From Candidatus Saccharimonadota bacterium (GTDB lineage: Bacteria > Patescibacteriota > Saccharimonadia > Saccharimonadales > Saccharimonadaceae): a DNA stretch of 32,000 nucleotides. Numbering within the stretch: the stretch's first letter is position 1; every line of letters begins with the position of its first letter. This document shows, one piece after another, positions 23,811 to 32,000 of this stretch. Position numbers and translations under genes: made by a program. A model generated the notes under the pieces. The model saw only the letters and a program-made list of their open reading frames with translations, was not told where the DNA came from and did no database searches. The stretch spans positions 360,001-392,000 of the forward strand of contig CP064995.1 of assembly GCA_016700015.1 (NCBI GenBank). Direction: 5' to 3'.

Positions 23811-24127
23811 TGAAAACTATTCTCGTAACCCCTAGGGCTACCGAAAAAGCCTATCGCCTTGTTACCGCACAGAACACCTATGTGTTCAATGTGCCGACAA
23901 GCGCCAATAAACAACAAATCGTCGACGCTGTGCAGGCACAGTACGACGGCGTGAAAGTCGCTAGCGTCAAAACTGTGCTGCAGAGCGGCAAATCCGTCCG
24001 CTTCAGCCGCGGCAAACGCCGCTACCCAGGTACCATCACTCGCCAAGACACAAAGAAGGCCTATGTCACACTGAGTGAAGGCAAGATCAAGGTGTTCGAG
24101 CAAGATGCAGAGAAGGAGAAGAAATAA
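23810..24127 (+). CDS. rplW: 50S ribosomal protein L23
   Basis: Conserved uL23 sequence in the expected operon position. Confidence 0.93.
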   Translation: MKTILVTPRATEKAYRLVTAQNTYVFNVPTSANKQQIVDAVQAQYDGVKVASVKTVLQSGKSVRFSRGKRRYPGTITRQDTKKAYVTLSEGKIKVFEQDAEKEKK

Positions 24128-24393
24128 TGCGTAGTCCAGAAATTGGCACATTTAACTCTAAACCTGAAATCGAACAAGAGCCAGTATCAAAGATATCGAT
24201 GTCTCGAGAAGATATTGCTGCATATGTAAGGACAGCATATGCTAAAGATTTGGATAACGTTGATATTATCGAGACAATTTACCTAGAGTTAGAAGAAAGG
24301 CTAGACGTAGCATCCTTTGCTGTAGCACAAGATGTGATATTCAATCTAATGGTTTACTGTGCAGGCAATAAACGTTTCGAGGAGATTGTCTAA
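24127..24393 (+). CDS. Inserted 88-aa acidic ORF between rplW and rplB
   Basis: TAATG overlaps at both ends, its own SD, and visibly AT-richer than the flanking r-protein genes. No family recognised. Confidence 0.55.
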   Translation: MRSPEIGTFNSKPEIEQEPVSKISMSREDIAAYVRTAYAKDLDNVDIIETIYLELEERLDVASFAVAQDVIFNLMVYCAGNKRFEEIV

Positions 24394-25232
24394 TGGCCAT
24401 CCAAAGCTACAACCCAACTACTCCTGCCCGTCGCGGCATGACAAGCCAAGACACGAGCGACATCACCACGCGTAAGCCGCTGAAGAGCCTTGTCAAAAGC
24501 AAGAAAATGGTTGCCGGTCGCAACAACACCGGTCGCATCACTGTCCGCCATCGTGGCGGTGGGGTGCGCAGGCATTACCGATTGCTCAATCATCGTTTGT
24601 CGAGTGGGCTCACGCTAACTGTCGAGCAAATCGAGTACGACCCTAACCGTAGTGCTCGCATCGCTCGCGCTAAAGATCAGCATGGCCTGTACCACTACAT
24701 CTTGGCTGATACCAACATGCAGCAGGGTACCGTGATTAAGACCGGTGCTGAAGCGCCAGTTGAAACCAGTAACCGCATGCCACTCAGTAATATACCGGTT
24801 GGCGCGCAGATTTATGCGATCGAAATCAACCCAGGCAAGGGTGCTCAAATGGTACGTGCAGCTGGTGCAAAAGCACAGCTCATGGCCAAAGAAGGCGACT
24901 ACGCCATGGTACGTATGCCAAGTGGCGAGGTCCGCAAATTCCGCCTAGAATGCGAAGCAACACTTGGTGTTGTTGGCAACGTGCAGCACCAGAACATCAA
25001 AGTTGGTAGCGCCGGGCGCAAACGCCGCAAGGGTATCCGCCCAACCGTTCGTGGTGTCGTACAAAACGCCGCAGATCACCCACACGGTGGTGGTGACGGT
25101 GGTCGCCACGGTACCGGTAAAGCACCTCGTACTCCATGGGGTCAGCTCACACTTGGTTATCGTACCCGTACCCGCAAATCAACCGACAAGATGATTGTCC
25201 GCAGTCGTCACGAAGCTAAGAGGAAGAAGTAG
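24393..25232 (+). CDS. rplB: 50S ribosomal protein L2
   Basis: Conserved uL2 (GRNNTGRITVRHRGGG...HPHGGGDG). Confidence 0.97.
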   Translation: MAIQSYNPTTPARRGMTSQDTSDITTRKPLKSLVKSKKMVAGRNNTGRITVRHRGGGVRRHYRLLNHRLSSGLTLTVEQIEYDPNRSARIARAKDQHGLYHYILADTNMQQGTVIKTGAEAPVETSNRMPLSNIPVGAQIYAIEINPGKGAQMVRAAGAKAQLMAKEGDYAMVRMPSGEVRKFRLECEATLGVVGNVQHQNIKVGSAGRKRRKGIRPTVRGVVQNAADHPHGGGDGGRHGTGKAPRTPWGQLTLGYRTRTRKSTDKMIVRSRHEAKRKK

Positions 25233-25238
25233 GGTATT

Positions 25239-25490
25239 ATGTCAGCTGATATATTACGTTTTACAGATCCAGCTTTGCTTCCAGGAAAAGTTCCATTCAC
25301 CGACAATATGAAAGCCGCATATGATGACCTCAAGGGTGATAAAGCTTACCGATCACATCCCGATCTTGTAGCTAGGTCTCTTCAGCGACTTGGTGCAGCT
25401 ACCTATGGCGCAATCGAAGCAGGAAGAGATGCAATGGCTGCCGAACGACGCGCATTCGGTTTAGAAAATGATAATAAGGAGAGTAACTAA
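25239..25490 (+). CDS. Inserted 83-aa ORF between rplB and rpsS
   Basis: The ATG lies 6 nt after the rplB stop, and the ORF ends in a TAATG overlap with rpsS. No family recognised. Confidence 0.55.
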   Translation: MSADILRFTDPALLPGKVPFTDNMKAAYDDLKGDKAYRSHPDLVARSLQRLGAATYGAIEAGRDAMAAERRAFGLENDNKESN

Positions 25491-25753
25491 TGAGTCGATC
25501 ACTCAAAAAAGGCCCATTCGTCGACGCGAAGCTTGCCCGTAAAGTGGCGGCTCTGAAAGTTGGCGACCGCACGGTTACCAAGACCTGGGCCCGCAGCAGT
25601 ACAATCACACCAGACATGGTAGGGTTTACGTTTGCGGTACACAACGGTCGCGTGCATGTACCAGTACTAGTGAGCGAGAACATGGTAGGCCACAAGCTCG
25701 GTGAGTTTAGCCCTACCCGCAAGTTCCGCAAGCATGGCGGTAAGGAGAAGTAG
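25490..25753 (+). CDS. rpsS: 30S ribosomal protein S19
   Basis: [12 protein letters not shown]... is canonical uS19. Confidence 0.96.
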   Translation: MSRSLKKGPFVDAKLARKVAALKVGDRTVTKTWARSSTITPDMVGFTFAVHNGRVHVPVLVSENMVGHKLGEFSPTRKFRKHGGKEK

Positions 25754-25754
25754 T

Positions 25755-26180
25755 ATGGCAGAAGTAACTCTACAAAAAGTACGCGCCCATATAAAAGGCG
25801 TCGACCAGACTCCCCGCAAGGTGAGCTTGATCGCGAGCCTGGTGCGTGGCCGTAGTGTCGCAGACGCTATGGTTATCCTTGAGCACACGCCAAAGCGTGC
25901 TGCACTGGTTGTCAAAAAGGCGATTGCGAGCGCTGCTGCCAATGCCACCAACAACCACAATCTTGACAGTAAAACACTGCAGATCGCTACGCTGAGCGTG
26001 ACTGCTGGCCCACGCATGAAGCGTTTCAAGCCTGCAAGCCGCGGCCGTGCGCTGCCATTCCAGAAGCGCAGTAGCCATATACTAGTAGAAGTAAGCGGTA
26101 CCGAAAAGGTGCGCAAGAAGTCTGCTGAAAAGACGGCAGAAGCTGCTGAATTGCCAGCTAAGAAAGAGGAGAAGAACTAA
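25755..26180 (+). CDS. rplV: 50S ribosomal protein L22 with Lys/Glu/Ala-rich C-terminal tail
   Basis: The uL22 core follows MAEVTLQKVRAH. The start is set at ATG 25755, 1 nt after the rpsS stop. Confidence 0.93.
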   Translation: MAEVTLQKVRAHIKGVDQTPRKVSLIASLVRGRSVADAMVILEHTPKRAALVVKKAIASAAANATNNHNLDSKTLQIATLSVTAGPRMKRFKPASRGRALPFQKRSSHILVEVSGTEKVRKKSAEKTAEAAELPAKKEEKN

Positions 26181-26818
26181 TGGGACAAAAAGTTAACCCA
26201 ATTAGCTTCCGTCTACAAGTCCACAAGAACTGGACATCGCGCTGGTTCGCAAGCAAAAAAGATTTTGCCAGGTGGCTTGCAGAGGATATTCGCGTTCGCG
26301 AGCTAATTGAAAAGAAGTTTGAAAGTCGTCCGACTATCAACAAAATCGAGATTGAGCGCAGCGCCAACCTCATTACTGTTACCATCCACACTGCTAAAGC
26401 CGGTGTAGTGATTGGTCGTGGCGGTGCCGGTGTTGCAGAGCTGAAGAAAGATATCGAAAAGCTAGCGAGTCTACCTGTGCGTATTAATATTGAAGAAGTA
26501 AAACGACCAGAACTCGCCGCCAAGCTTGTAGCTGAAAATATCGCTCGTCAGCTGGAGCGCCGCGCTAACTTCCGCCGTGCTATTAAAATGGCCGCACAAA
26601 GCACAATGAACGCCGGTGCTAAGGGTATTCGTATCCAGGTAGCTGGGCGACTCAACAATGCCGAAATGGCTCGCCGCGAAAAAGTGATCGAAGGTTCAGT
26701 GCCGTTGCATACGCTGCGCGCTGATATTGACTTCCATACTGCTCGCGCAAACTGCCCAGGTGTTGGAATTGTCGGTGTGAAGGTATGGATTTATAAGGGC
26801 GAAAGGAGCACACGCTAA
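26180..26818 (+). CDS. rpsC: 30S ribosomal protein S3
   Basis: [12 protein letters not shown]... with a KH domain, canonical uS3. Confidence 0.97.
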   Translation: MGQKVNPISFRLQVHKNWTSRWFASKKDFARWLAEDIRVRELIEKKFESRPTINKIEIERSANLITVTIHTAKAGVVIGRGGAGVAELKKDIEKLASLPVRINIEEVKRPELAAKLVAENIARQLERRANFRRAIKMAAQSTMNAGAKGIRIQVAGRLNNAEMARREKVIEGSVPLHTLRADIDFHTARANCPGVGIVGVKVWIYKGERSTR

Positions 26819-27231
26819 TGCTGCTACCAAAAAAAGTTGCCCATCGTAAAGTCCGTATCGGCAAAAACGAAGGCGTCGCTACTCGCGGTCACTACGTTGC
26901 CTTTGGCGACTATGGCCTACAAAGCCTCGAAAACGAACGCATTACTAGCCGCCAGATCGAATCAAGCCGTCAGGCGATGACCCGCTACATTAAGCGCGGT
27001 GGTAAAATCTGGATCCGCATTTTCCCACATACTCCTGTGACCAAAAAACCACTTGGGCTCAAAATGGGCGGCGGCAAGGGCCAGCCAGAATACTATGTTG
27101 CCAAGGTAAAGGCCGGCACCGTGCTATTTGAAATGAAAGGTGTCACCGAAGATATCGCTCGCGAAGCGATGCGTCTCGCCGGACACAAACTTCCAGTGAG
27201 AACCCGATTTGTAAAGAGGGAGGAGGCATAA
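26818..27231 (+). CDS. rplP: 50S ribosomal protein L16
   Basis: [11 protein letters not shown]... is canonical uL16. Confidence 0.97.
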   Translation: MLLPKKVAHRKVRIGKNEGVATRGHYVAFGDYGLQSLENERITSRQIESSRQAMTRYIKRGGKIWIRIFPHTPVTKKPLGLKMGGGKGQPEYYVAKVKAGTVLFEMKGVTEDIAREAMRLAGHKLPVRTRFVKREEA

Positions 27232-27232
27232 G

Positions 27233-27472
27233 ATGGCTGAAGTAAAGAAAACAGCGAAAAAGCCTGCTGCAAAGAAGGCAGTCGAAGTAAAATCAGCTGC
27301 CGACATGCAGAAACTCCTCACCGAAAAGCAGAAAGATTTGATGGAAAGCCGTCGCTCACACGCAAGTGGCGAGCTGGTAAACCCACGAGTGCTCAGCACT
27401 CTACGTAAAGAAATTGCGCGCCTTCACACAGCTATCCGAGCCGATGAACGACGCGAAAAGGAGAGTAAATAA
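27233..27472 (+). CDS. rpmC: 50S ribosomal protein L29 with Lys/Ala-rich N-terminal extension
   Basis: The uL29-like core is LTEKQKDLMESRRSHASGELVNPRVLSTLRKEIARLHT, in the expected operon position. Confidence 0.88.
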   Translation: MAEVKKTAKKPAAKKAVEVKSAADMQKLLTEKQKDLMESRRSHASGELVNPRVLSTLRKEIARLHTAIRADERREKESK

Positions 27473-27473
27473 T

Positions 27474-27779
27474 ATGGCCAAGACATTGACCGGTATTGTG
27501 ACCTCAGACGTCGCAGACAAAACCATCACCGTCACCGTTACTAGCCGTGAGACTCATCCTATCTATGGCAAGCAGTACACTGTTAGTCGTAAATATGTTG
27601 CTCACGACGAGAAAAATACTGCTGGCAAGGGCGACAAAGTGACGATTGTTGAGACACGTCCGATTAGTAAACGCAAAGCATTTGAACTCCAGGAAATCCT
27701 AGAGAGGTCTAAGGGATCAATCCAAGTGAAAAATGACACCGAAGAAGTTCTTCCTGAAGCCGAGGAGGACAAAGCATAA
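27474..27779 (+). CDS. rpsQ: 30S ribosomal protein S17 with acidic C-terminal tail
   Basis: [22 protein letters not shown]... is canonical uS17. The start is set at ATG 27474. Confidence 0.93.
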   Translation: MAKTLTGIVTSDVADKTITVTVTSRETHPIYGKQYTVSRKYVAHDEKNTAGKGDKVTIVETRPISKRKAFELQEILERSKGSIQVKNDTEEVLPEAEEDKA

Positions 27780-28147
27780 TGATCCAGCAAGAAACCAGGT
27801 TAAAAGTCTGCGACAACAGTGGTGCCAAGGAAGTTCTGTGCATCAAAGTTCTCGGTGGCTCTAGGCGGCGCTATGCTCGGGTTGGTGATATCATCACCGT
27901 GAGCGTCAAAGACGCTAGTCCTACAGGGAACGTAAAGAAAAAAGCCGTGGTAAAAGCCGTGGTAGTACGAACTCGTGACCAGATTCGCCGTAAAGACGGC
28001 AGCACAATCTGTTTTGACGACAATGCCGTTGTGATTATAAATGACGACAAAACGCCAAAAGCTACTCGTGTGTTTGGCCCTGTGCCACGCGAACTGCGCG
28101 ATATGGGCTATGCCAAAATCATCAGCCTTGCGCCGGAGGTACTCTAA
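27779..28147 (+). CDS. rplN: 50S ribosomal protein L14
   Basis: [18 protein letters not shown]... is canonical uL14. Confidence 0.97.
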   Translation: MIQQETRLKVCDNSGAKEVLCIKVLGGSRRRYARVGDIITVSVKDASPTGNVKKKAVVKAVVVRTRDQIRRKDGSTICFDDNAVVIINDDKTPKATRVFGPVPRELRDMGYAKIISLAPEVL

Positions 28148-28148
28148 T

Positions 28149-28469
28149 ATGGCTCAGCGTATTCGCAAAGATGATTTCGTAAAAATTACCAGTGGTACCG
28201 ACAAAGGCACAACTGGCAAAGTGCTCGCTGTATTCCCAAGCAAAAACACCGCGCTTGTCGACGGTGTCGGCAAGGGTACACGGCACGTTAAGCCAAATCA
28301 GCTCAACCCACGCGGTGGCAAGAAAGACATTCATGTCGGCATTGCTCTGCACAAACTGGCACTTGTCACCGATGAAAAATCGGGCAAAACCAGCCGAATT
28401 GGCTACAAAGTAACCGATGGCGTAAAGGCTCGTGTAGCCCGCCAGCAGAAAAATAAGGAGATTAAATAA
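28149..28469 (+). CDS. rplX: 50S ribosomal protein L24
   Basis: MAQRIRKDDFVKITSGTDKGTTGKVL... is the KOW motif of uL24. The start is set at ATG 28149. Confidence 0.93.
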   Translation: MAQRIRKDDFVKITSGTDKGTTGKVLAVFPSKNTALVDGVGKGTRHVKPNQLNPRGGKKDIHVGIALHKLALVTDEKSGKTSRIGYKVTDGVKARVARQQKNKEIK

Positions 28470-28576
28470 TGCGATTTTTCGAAAAGAGCAGCCAGTCCCG
28501 AGCGATTTACTCGCTCGCACTGCGCGATGAGAAAAACGCTTGCGTTTGTCTCATGATAGTTAAGGAGATTAAATAA
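28469..28576 (+). CDS. Possible 35-aa ORF spanning repeat element copy A (rplX|rplE junction)
   Basis: The sequence is MRFFEKSSQSRAIYSLALRDEKNACVCLMIVKEIK, with TAATG overlaps at both ends. It may instead be a non-coding element. Confidence 0.3.
   Translation: MRFFEKSSQSRAIYSLALRDEKNACVCLMIVKEIK
28481..28554 (+). repeat. 74-nt hairpin-rich repeat, copy A
   Basis: It is identical to 29177-29250 except for one base (t/c at 28496 vs 29192). Hairpin cgagcga/tcgctcg spans 28499-28517. Hairpin atgagaaaaacgc/gcgtttgtctcat spans 28527-28554. Confidence 0.9.
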
Positions 28577-29160
28577 TGGCAGAATCCAAAAAAGCCGCCG
28601 TTTACACTCCTCGCTTGAAAGCCTTGTACAAGAATCAGTACGTCAAGGAACTACAGGCCGAATTGAAGCTCGACAATGTACATGAAGTACCGAGTCTTGA
28701 GAAGATTGTGGTAAGCGTAGGAACCGGTAAAAGCAAAGACGACAAGCGCATGCTTGAAGCAGTCAAGAATACCCTGACAAAAGTAACTGGCCAGGCGCCT
28801 GTTGAGCGACTTGCCAAAAAATCAATTGCAAGTTTCAAAATCCGCGCCGGCATGGGTGCCCCTGTGGGAATCAATGTAACACTGCGCGGCGCTCGGATGT
28901 ACGAGTTCCTTGATCGTTTTGTTAACATTGCGCTGCCACGCGTACGCGACTTCCATGGTGTCGGCGTAAAGTTCGACCGCGGCGGCAACTACAACCTTGG
29001 CATTACCGACCAGAGCATTTTCCCAGAGCTGACATTTGAAGAAACACAGATTGTTCACGGAATGCAGGTGACATTTACCATCAACAATGGTGACAAAGTA
29101 AAGAGCCGTGCATTGCTAGAAAAATTCGGTCTACCTTTTGAAAAAGAAGGGGGCAGGTAA
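28576..29160 (+). CDS. rplE: 50S ribosomal protein L5
   Basis: Conserved uL5 sequence in the expected operon position. Confidence 0.96.
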   Translation: MAESKKAAVYTPRLKALYKNQYVKELQAELKLDNVHEVPSLEKIVVSVGTGKSKDDKRMLEAVKNTLTKVTGQAPVERLAKKSIASFKIRAGMGAPVGINVTLRGARMYEFLDRFVNIALPRVRDFHGVGVKFDRGGNYNLGITDQSIFPELTFEETQIVHGMQVTFTINNGDKVKSRALLEKFGLPFEKEGGR

Positions 29161-29161
29161 T

Positions 29162-29275
29162 ATGAAGACTGTATTTGAAAAGAGCAGCCAGCCCCGAGCG
29201 ATTTACTCGCTCGCACTGCGCGATGAGAAAAACGCTTGCGTTTGTCTCATAACTGATAAAGAAGGAGGACGCTAA
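29162..29275 (+). CDS. Possible 37-aa ORF spanning repeat element copy B (rplE|rpsN junction)
   Basis: The sequence is MKTVFEKSSQPRAIYSLALRDEKNACVCLITDKEGGR. It starts 1 nt after the rplE stop and ends immediately before the rpsN ATG. Confidence 0.3.
   Translation: MKTVFEKSSQPRAIYSLALRDEKNACVCLITDKEGGR
29177..29250 (+). repeat. 74-nt hairpin-rich repeat, copy B
   Basis: See copy A. The offset between copies is 696 nt, and they bracket rplE. Confidence 0.9.
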
Positions 29276-29545
29276 ATGGCCAAGAAATCTATGATTGCTC
29301 GCGACAAAAAGCGTCAGAAGCTAATTGCCAAGTTTGCCGCGAAACGCGCTGAACTAAAAGAGCTTGGCGACCTTGACGGTTTGCAAAAGCTGCCAAAGAA
29401 CAGCAGCCCAACCCGCTGGAAAAATCGCGATGTACTAAGCGGCCGCCCACGTGGCTACATGCGCAGGTTTGGCCTGAGCCGCATCAACTTCCGCGAAAAA
29501 GCAGTCAAGGGTGAAATCCCCGGTATAACCAAGAGTAGCTGGTAA
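29276..29545 (+). CDS. rpsN: 30S ribosomal protein S14 (long form, lacking the Cys zinc-binding motifs)
   Basis: [13 protein letters not shown]...[18 protein letters not shown]...W is canonical uS14. Confidence 0.95.
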   Translation: MAKKSMIARDKKRQKLIAKFAAKRAELKELGDLDGLQKLPKNSSPTRWKNRDVLSGRPRGYMRRFGLSRINFREKAVKGEIPGITKSSW

Positions 29546-29562
29546 GGAAAGGAGTAAAAGAA

Positions 29563-29964
29563 ATGAGTTTACAATCTACTGACCCAATCGCTGACCTCCT
29601 GACCCGCATTCGCAATGCAGCTATGGTTGGCAAAACTGAAGTACGCGTCCCAACAAGCAAGCTCAAGCAAGTTGTTGCTGAGCAGCTAGTAAAGAACAAT
29701 TACCTGGCAGATGCCAAGGTAGAAGATGGCAAGCCACGCGGTACATTGGTTGTCACCATCAACAAACCTGGCGAAAACTGTAACATTACCGAAATTGCAC
29801 GTGTCAGCAAGCCTGGCCGCCGTGTATACGCTAGCGCAGCCGAAATCCCCAAAGTGAAATCTGGCCGCGGTATCGTACTGGTGAGCACCAGCAAAGGTGT
29901 TATGACTGGTGGCGAAGCCGTCCGCAACAAGCTGGGCGGAGAAGTGCTATTAAAGGTTTACTAG
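29563..29964 (+). CDS. rpsH: 30S ribosomal protein S8
   Basis: DPIADLLTRIRNA... is canonical uS8. Confidence 0.96.
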   Translation: MSLQSTDPIADLLTRIRNAAMVGKTEVRVPTSKLKQVVAEQLVKNNYLADAKVEDGKPRGTLVVTINKPGENCNITEIARVSKPGRRVYASAAEIPKVKSGRGIVLVSTSKGVMTGGEAVRNKLGGEVLLKVY

Positions 29965-29965
29965 T

Positions 29966-30268
29966 ATGGCAAATAAGGAAGCTACGGCCCAACTAACGGG
30001 TGATCAGCACATAGATGACACCCACCTCGAGTATCAGGACGATACCGCAAGAGCGAATGAGCTAGCTATAGAACTTGGTAGAATAGCAAACGAACTTGGT
30101 GAGATTTTTGGTATGCTTAGTAATCCTGCGCGTGTAACCCGCGATGCTGCCCATGCAGTGGATAGACAACTTGCGACTAATCGTCAGGCTGTGCTCAATA
30201 GGCAGCATAGCGCAACAATAGCCCCCGAGCCTCGTCTCGATGTGAGAAAACGACCAACAATCCGTTAG
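29966..30268 (+). CDS. Inserted 100-aa ORF between rpsH and rplF
   Basis: The ATG lies 1 nt after the rpsH stop. The protein is acidic and helical-looking. No family recognised. Confidence 0.5.
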   Translation: MANKEATAQLTGDQHIDDTHLEYQDDTARANELAIELGRIANELGEIFGMLSNPARVTRDAAHAVDRQLATNRQAVLNRQHSATIAPEPRLDVRKRPTIR

Positions 30269-30293
30269 TAAAAATGATTAAGAAAGGAAAGAT

Positions 30294-30836
30294 ATGAGTC
30301 TGAGTCGAATCGGAAAACTACCAATCGCGATTCCGTCCGGTGTGACAATCACGGTTGATTCGGGCGATGTAACTGTCGAAGGCCCCAAGGGCAAACTAAT
30401 ACAGTTTATCACTCCCGCTGCCGCCGTAGCAGTAGAAGACGGCCAAGTAAAAGTAAGTCCCAAGGACGAAAGCCAAGAAGCACGTGCTCAGCACGGGCTT
30501 ATGCGCGCGCTGATCAACAACATGGTGATTGGTGTTACCAAAGGCTACGAGAAGCGCCTAGAAGTAAAGGGCGTGGGCTTTAGGGTATCGAGCAGCAACA
30601 ACGAGCTAACTATGAGCCTCGGGTTTAGCCACGAAGTGAAATTTAAGGCACCCGAAGGTGTAAATGTCAGCAATGACAAAATGGTGATTGTTGTTAGTGG
30701 TATCGACAAGCAAAAAGTCGGCCAAGTGGCGGCTGAAATCCGCGCACTGAAAAAGCCAGAGCCATACAAGGGCAAAGGTATCATGTACGTCGACGAACAA
30801 GTGCTCCGCAAAGCAGGAAAGGCTGGTAAGAAGTAA
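30294..30836 (+). CDS. rplF: 50S ribosomal protein L6
   Basis: MSLSRIGKLPIAIPSGVTI... is canonical uL6. Confidence 0.96.
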   Translation: MSLSRIGKLPIAIPSGVTITVDSGDVTVEGPKGKLIQFITPAAAVAVEDGQVKVSPKDESQEARAQHGLMRALINNMVIGVTKGYEKRLEVKGVGFRVSSSNNELTMSLGFSHEVKFKAPEGVNVSNDKMVIVVSGIDKQKVGQVAAEIRALKKPEPYKGKGIMYVDEQVLRKAGKAGKK

Positions 30837-31192
30837 TGAGTAATTCACTTGCAAAGAAACTCCTTGGGCGCAGCCTGCGTAAAGCACGTGTGCGCAGCAA
30901 GGTTAGCGGCAGCGCTGAGCGACCACGCCTGAGTGTTACCCTCAGTAACACACATGTTTCAGCACAGATTATCGATGACGTGAAACAACACACGCTCGCA
31001 AGTGCAACGACCGTCGGTACGAAAGCTACTGGCACTATGACCGAAAAGTCTGCACTTGTAGGCGCAGAAATCGCCAAAAAGGCTAAGAAAGTTAAAGTAA
31101 CCGCAGTGGTATTTGATCGCAATGGCCGCCAGTACGCTGGCCGACTAAAAGCGCTTGCAGACGCCGCTCGCAAGGAAGGATTGGAGTTCTAG
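30836..31192 (+). CDS. rplR: 50S ribosomal protein L18
   Basis: The uL18 core is ...RPRLSVTLSNTHVSAQIIDD...FDRNGRQYAGRLKALADAARKEGLEF. Confidence 0.95.
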   Translation: MSNSLAKKLLGRSLRKARVRSKVSGSAERPRLSVTLSNTHVSAQIIDDVKQHTLASATTVGTKATGTMTEKSALVGAEIAKKAKKVKVTAVVFDRNGRQYAGRLKALADAARKEGLEF

Positions 31193-31193
31193 T

Positions 31194-31886
31194 ATGGCCG
31201 AAAACGCCCCAGAACAAACCACACCTCGCGCCGACGCGCCTAGGGGACGTCAGCAAGGTCGAGGTGGTCGTCGCGATGACCGACGCAATGCTGCCCCAGA
31301 GGCACCAAAAGAATTTGAAGAAGTAGTGATAAACATCGACCGCGTGGCCCGTGTAGTAAGTGGTGGACGCCGCTTTCGCTTTAAAGCCCTCGTCGTGGTG
31401 GGTAATCGCAAAAACAAAGTCGGTGTTGGTGTTTCAAAAGGCGCCGATGTACAGGCAGCAATAGCAAAAGCAACCGATGTTGCAAAAAAGCACTTGGTTA
31501 CAGTGCCCGTGGCAAATGAGACCATCCCCCACGAAACTGAAGTAAAGCTCAGTGGTGCACGCGTATTGCTAAAGCCTGCTGCCCCCGGTACTGGTATTAT
31601 TGCCGGTGGCGTGGTACGCGCAGTTGTTGGTACTACTGGCATCCGTAATCTTGTCAGCAAGAGCCTGGGCAGCACGAACAAAGTCAACATCGCGTATGCA
31701 ACTGTCGAAGCACTTGGCGGGCTTGTACCGCGTGAGAAGTGGCTGGGTGCCGAGAAGAAAACTGAAAAAGCTGCTAAACCTGCCGCCAAAGTCGAGAAAG
31801 TTGAAGCAGCAGTAACTGCACCAGCAAAAGCTACTGCCAAAAAGCCTGTTGCTAAAAAAGCGCCTGCGAAAAAGGAGACAAAGTAA
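31194..31886 (+). CDS. rpsE: 30S ribosomal protein S5 with Arg-rich N-terminal and Lys/Ala-rich C-terminal extensions
   Basis: The uS5 core is [27 protein letters not shown]...GTGIIAGG. The start is set at ATG 31194. Confidence 0.95.
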   Translation: MAENAPEQTTPRADAPRGRQQGRGGRRDDRRNAAPEAPKEFEEVVINIDRVARVVSGGRRFRFKALVVVGNRKNKVGVGVSKGADVQAAIAKATDVAKKHLVTVPVANETIPHETEVKLSGARVLLKPAAPGTGIIAGGVVRAVVGTTGIRNLVSKSLGSTNKVNIAYATVEALGGLVPREKWLGAEKKTEKAAKPAAKVEKVEAAVTAPAKATAKKPVAKKAPAKKETK

Positions 31887-32000
31887 TGAAGTACAATGAG
31901 CTCCAAGTTGGCGCCAACCGTACCCGCAAGCGCGTTGGTCGCGGTATTTCAGCCGGTGGCGGTAAAACTGCTGGGCGTGGTACTAAGGGCCAGAACGCCC
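31886..32000 (+). CDS. rplO: 50S ribosomal protein L15 (5' part, truncated by window end)
   Basis: [38 protein letters not shown] is the uL15 N-terminus. It has a TAATG overlap with rpsE, and no rpmD lies between them. Confidence 0.9.
   Translation, partial: MKYNELQVGANRTRKRVGRGISAGGGKTAGRGTKGQNA

Noticed and set aside
17290-31906. Long antisense or alternate-frame ORFs inside conserved genes (e.g. 17290-17769 -, 18479-18919 +, 23190-23627 +, 25667-26116 -, 26158-26523 -, 30781-31173 -, 31250-31906 -)
   Set aside because: They overlap strongly conserved genes on the other strand or in another frame. Their compositions are low-complexity (Ser/Ala/Arg/Thr-rich), typical of shadow ORFs, and they lack SDs.
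1-32000. tRNA, rRNA, tmRNA or other classic RNA genes
   Set aside because: I scanned the intergenic regions (e.g. 14868-15023, 16266-16338, 16696-16888, 17837-18042, 19787-20175, 22040-22399) by eye and saw no cloverleaf-type or rRNA-like sequence. A tRNAscan/Infernal run would be needed to be sure.

Overview
The window looks like a Candidate Phyla Radiation (Patescibacteria, Saccharibacteria-like) genome. The inference rests on rpsE running directly into rplO with no L30 gene, Lys/Ala-rich tails on ribosomal proteins, and compact SD-coupled genes. All calls were made by eye from motifs, without searches, so start codons and family assignments are provisional.

The window has two parts.

(1) 1-14.9 kb is a mosaic, decaying accessory region. 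It contains:
- an RHS polymorphic-toxin locus with three copies of the core-end module: an intact barnase/RNase-Sa-like toxin with a SUKH immunity gene, an orphan PD-(D/E)xK nuclease cassette, and degraded remnants
- a frameshifted IS200-like/REP-associated Y1 transposase
- a stranded 3' remnant of fusA fused to an RHS repeat
- a Nudix gene with an in-frame amber codon
- a 2.9-kb IS1595-family transposon bounded by perfect 28-bp inverted repeats and a 6-bp target duplication. Its cargo is a membrane protein with a highly structured leader, and a Panacea (DUF4065) antitoxin paired with an unrecognised partner.
- a divergent gene cluster (Ham1 and P-loop kinase on one strand; PrnB-like, GHMP/beta-RFAP-synthase-like, SAM methyltransferase and GrpB on the other) that looks like an unassigned small-molecule or nucleoside pathway

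(2) 15-32 kb is core. It holds a DEAD-box helicase, a RimK-like ATP-grasp ligase, tuf, and the S10-spc ribosomal protein operon from rpsJ to rplO (truncated by the window end).

The operon is the most unusual part:
- rpsJ is cut off from rplC by a terminator and 1.9 kb carrying four unknown genes.
- Six extra small ORFs sit exactly at gene junctions (rplD|rplW, rplW|rplB, rplB|rpsS, rplX|rplE, rplE|rpsN, rpsH|rplF), mostly with TAATG stop-start coupling.
- Three of these junctions carry duplicated copies of the SD/stop/start sequence.
- Two of the insertions are copies of one 74-nt hairpin-rich element flanking rplE.

No rRNA, tRNA or CRISPR array was seen.
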